64,000 nt of DNA, from IMG/VR virus record IMGVR_UViG_3300024503_000485, positions 155,445 to 219,444 of that record. One strand, written 5' to 3'. The notes beneath the pieces were generated by a model. That model had not been told where the DNA came from and did not search any database. It saw only the letters and a program-made list of their open reading frames with translations. Below, one piece after another: positions 63,462 to 64,000 of the stretch (position 1 is the stretch's first letter; every line of letters starts with the position of its first letter). The translations under genes and the position numbers were made by a program.

Positions 63462-64000
63462 AGTCTACCCAATTTAATTAATGTCGCTGAAAGATTAATT
63501 TCTGGATCGATAATTAATGCATGATCAACTAACCCTTGTTTAATAATCAAGATTGCTTTATCTTGATTTTCTTCTGATCCAAAGATTTCGACGTTATTAT
63601 ACAACCATGTATATACTTCTTCCATTTCTTCTGCACGTAGTTTTCCACATAACATTTTACGTGCTTCATTAATTTTTCCAGCCTTAAACAAGGTAACCAT
63701 ATCAAACTTCCAGTCTGCTTCGCCTTGATCGCCTTTGTTAGGAGCAGCTAGTTTGCCTTCATTAACATTTTGTTGTACTAGATTAATACACTTACGAAGG
63801 TCTGGATAAGTTACCTTTACGTAATTATCCAAGGTGTCAAGATCAAAGTCCACACCTTCATCGACGAGGATAGTAGCCACACGAGCAGTAAACTCTGTAA
63901 TATCAGTACGTTCGACGTGGAAGCCTTGACACCGCGAATGTATAGCAGGAATAATACGATTGGGATAGTTACAAGTAAGAATGAAGCGAGCTGTTGCATG
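63458..64000 (-). CDS. Clamp loader AAA+ subunit (gp44/RFC-like), 5'-truncated by the window edge
   Basis: Frame open from 64000: RFILTCNYPNRIIPAIHSRCQ (SRC motif), YPDLRKCIN, DPEINL. Confidence 0.9.
   Translation of the reverse strand, partial: HATARFILTCNYPNRIIPAIHSRCQGFHVERTDITEFTARVATILVDEGVDFDLDTLDNYVKVTYPDLRKCINLVQQNVNEGKLAAPNKGDQGEADWKFDMVTLFKAGKINEARKMLCGKLRAEEMEEVYTWLYNNVEIFGSEENQDKAILIIKQGLVDHALIIDPEINLSATLIKLGRL

Noticed and set aside
1-64000. Alternative genetic code (stop-codon reassignment), as seen in some jumbo phages
   Set aside because: Standard-code ORFs tile the window densely, conserved enzymes are full length, and TAA, TGA and TAG all appear as stops.
1-64000. CRISPR array, tRNA/rRNA genes, introns/inteins, integrase or transposase
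   Set aside because: I saw no spaced repeat array or cloverleaf in the very short intergenic gaps, and the polymerase and ClpA are of normal length. tRNAscan-SE/Infernal would be needed to exclude RNA genes formally.

Overview
This AT-rich, gene-dense window comes from a large (probably jumbo) T4-like myophage. The host is probably Gram-negative, because the lysis cassette has spanins and the early promoters match the sigma70 consensus. The + strand (1-26653) carries late structural genes: the end of a giant baseplate-like protein, four paralogous tail-fibre-type genes and two further paralogous virion genes. These run into a 12.6-kb operon of glycosyltransferases, four radical SAM enzymes and an SGNH fusion. 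The - strand (26637-62340) carries five blocks: (1) a flap/RNase H nuclease; (2) a 7-deazaguanine DNA-modification cluster (QueE, FolE, a QueD/DpdL-type T-fold protein, a DpdA-type transglycosylase) with no QueC but with an embedded GT4 glycosyltransferase, PRTase, HIT, cupin and two SGNH proteins; (3) sliding clamp and family B DNA polymerase; (4) a late cluster of probable capsid-internal proteins, including polyproteins; (5) ClpA, DnaJ and a lysis cassette. PhoH and a partial clamp loader close the window. There are three best candidates for undescribed biology: a glycosylated or otherwise hypermodified 7-deazaguanine pathway; protease-processed internal-head polyproteins carrying enzymes and cryptic internal signal peptides; and a late glycosyltransferase/radical SAM operon that may decorate the virion. 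All calls come from reading motifs by eye; no database search was run.
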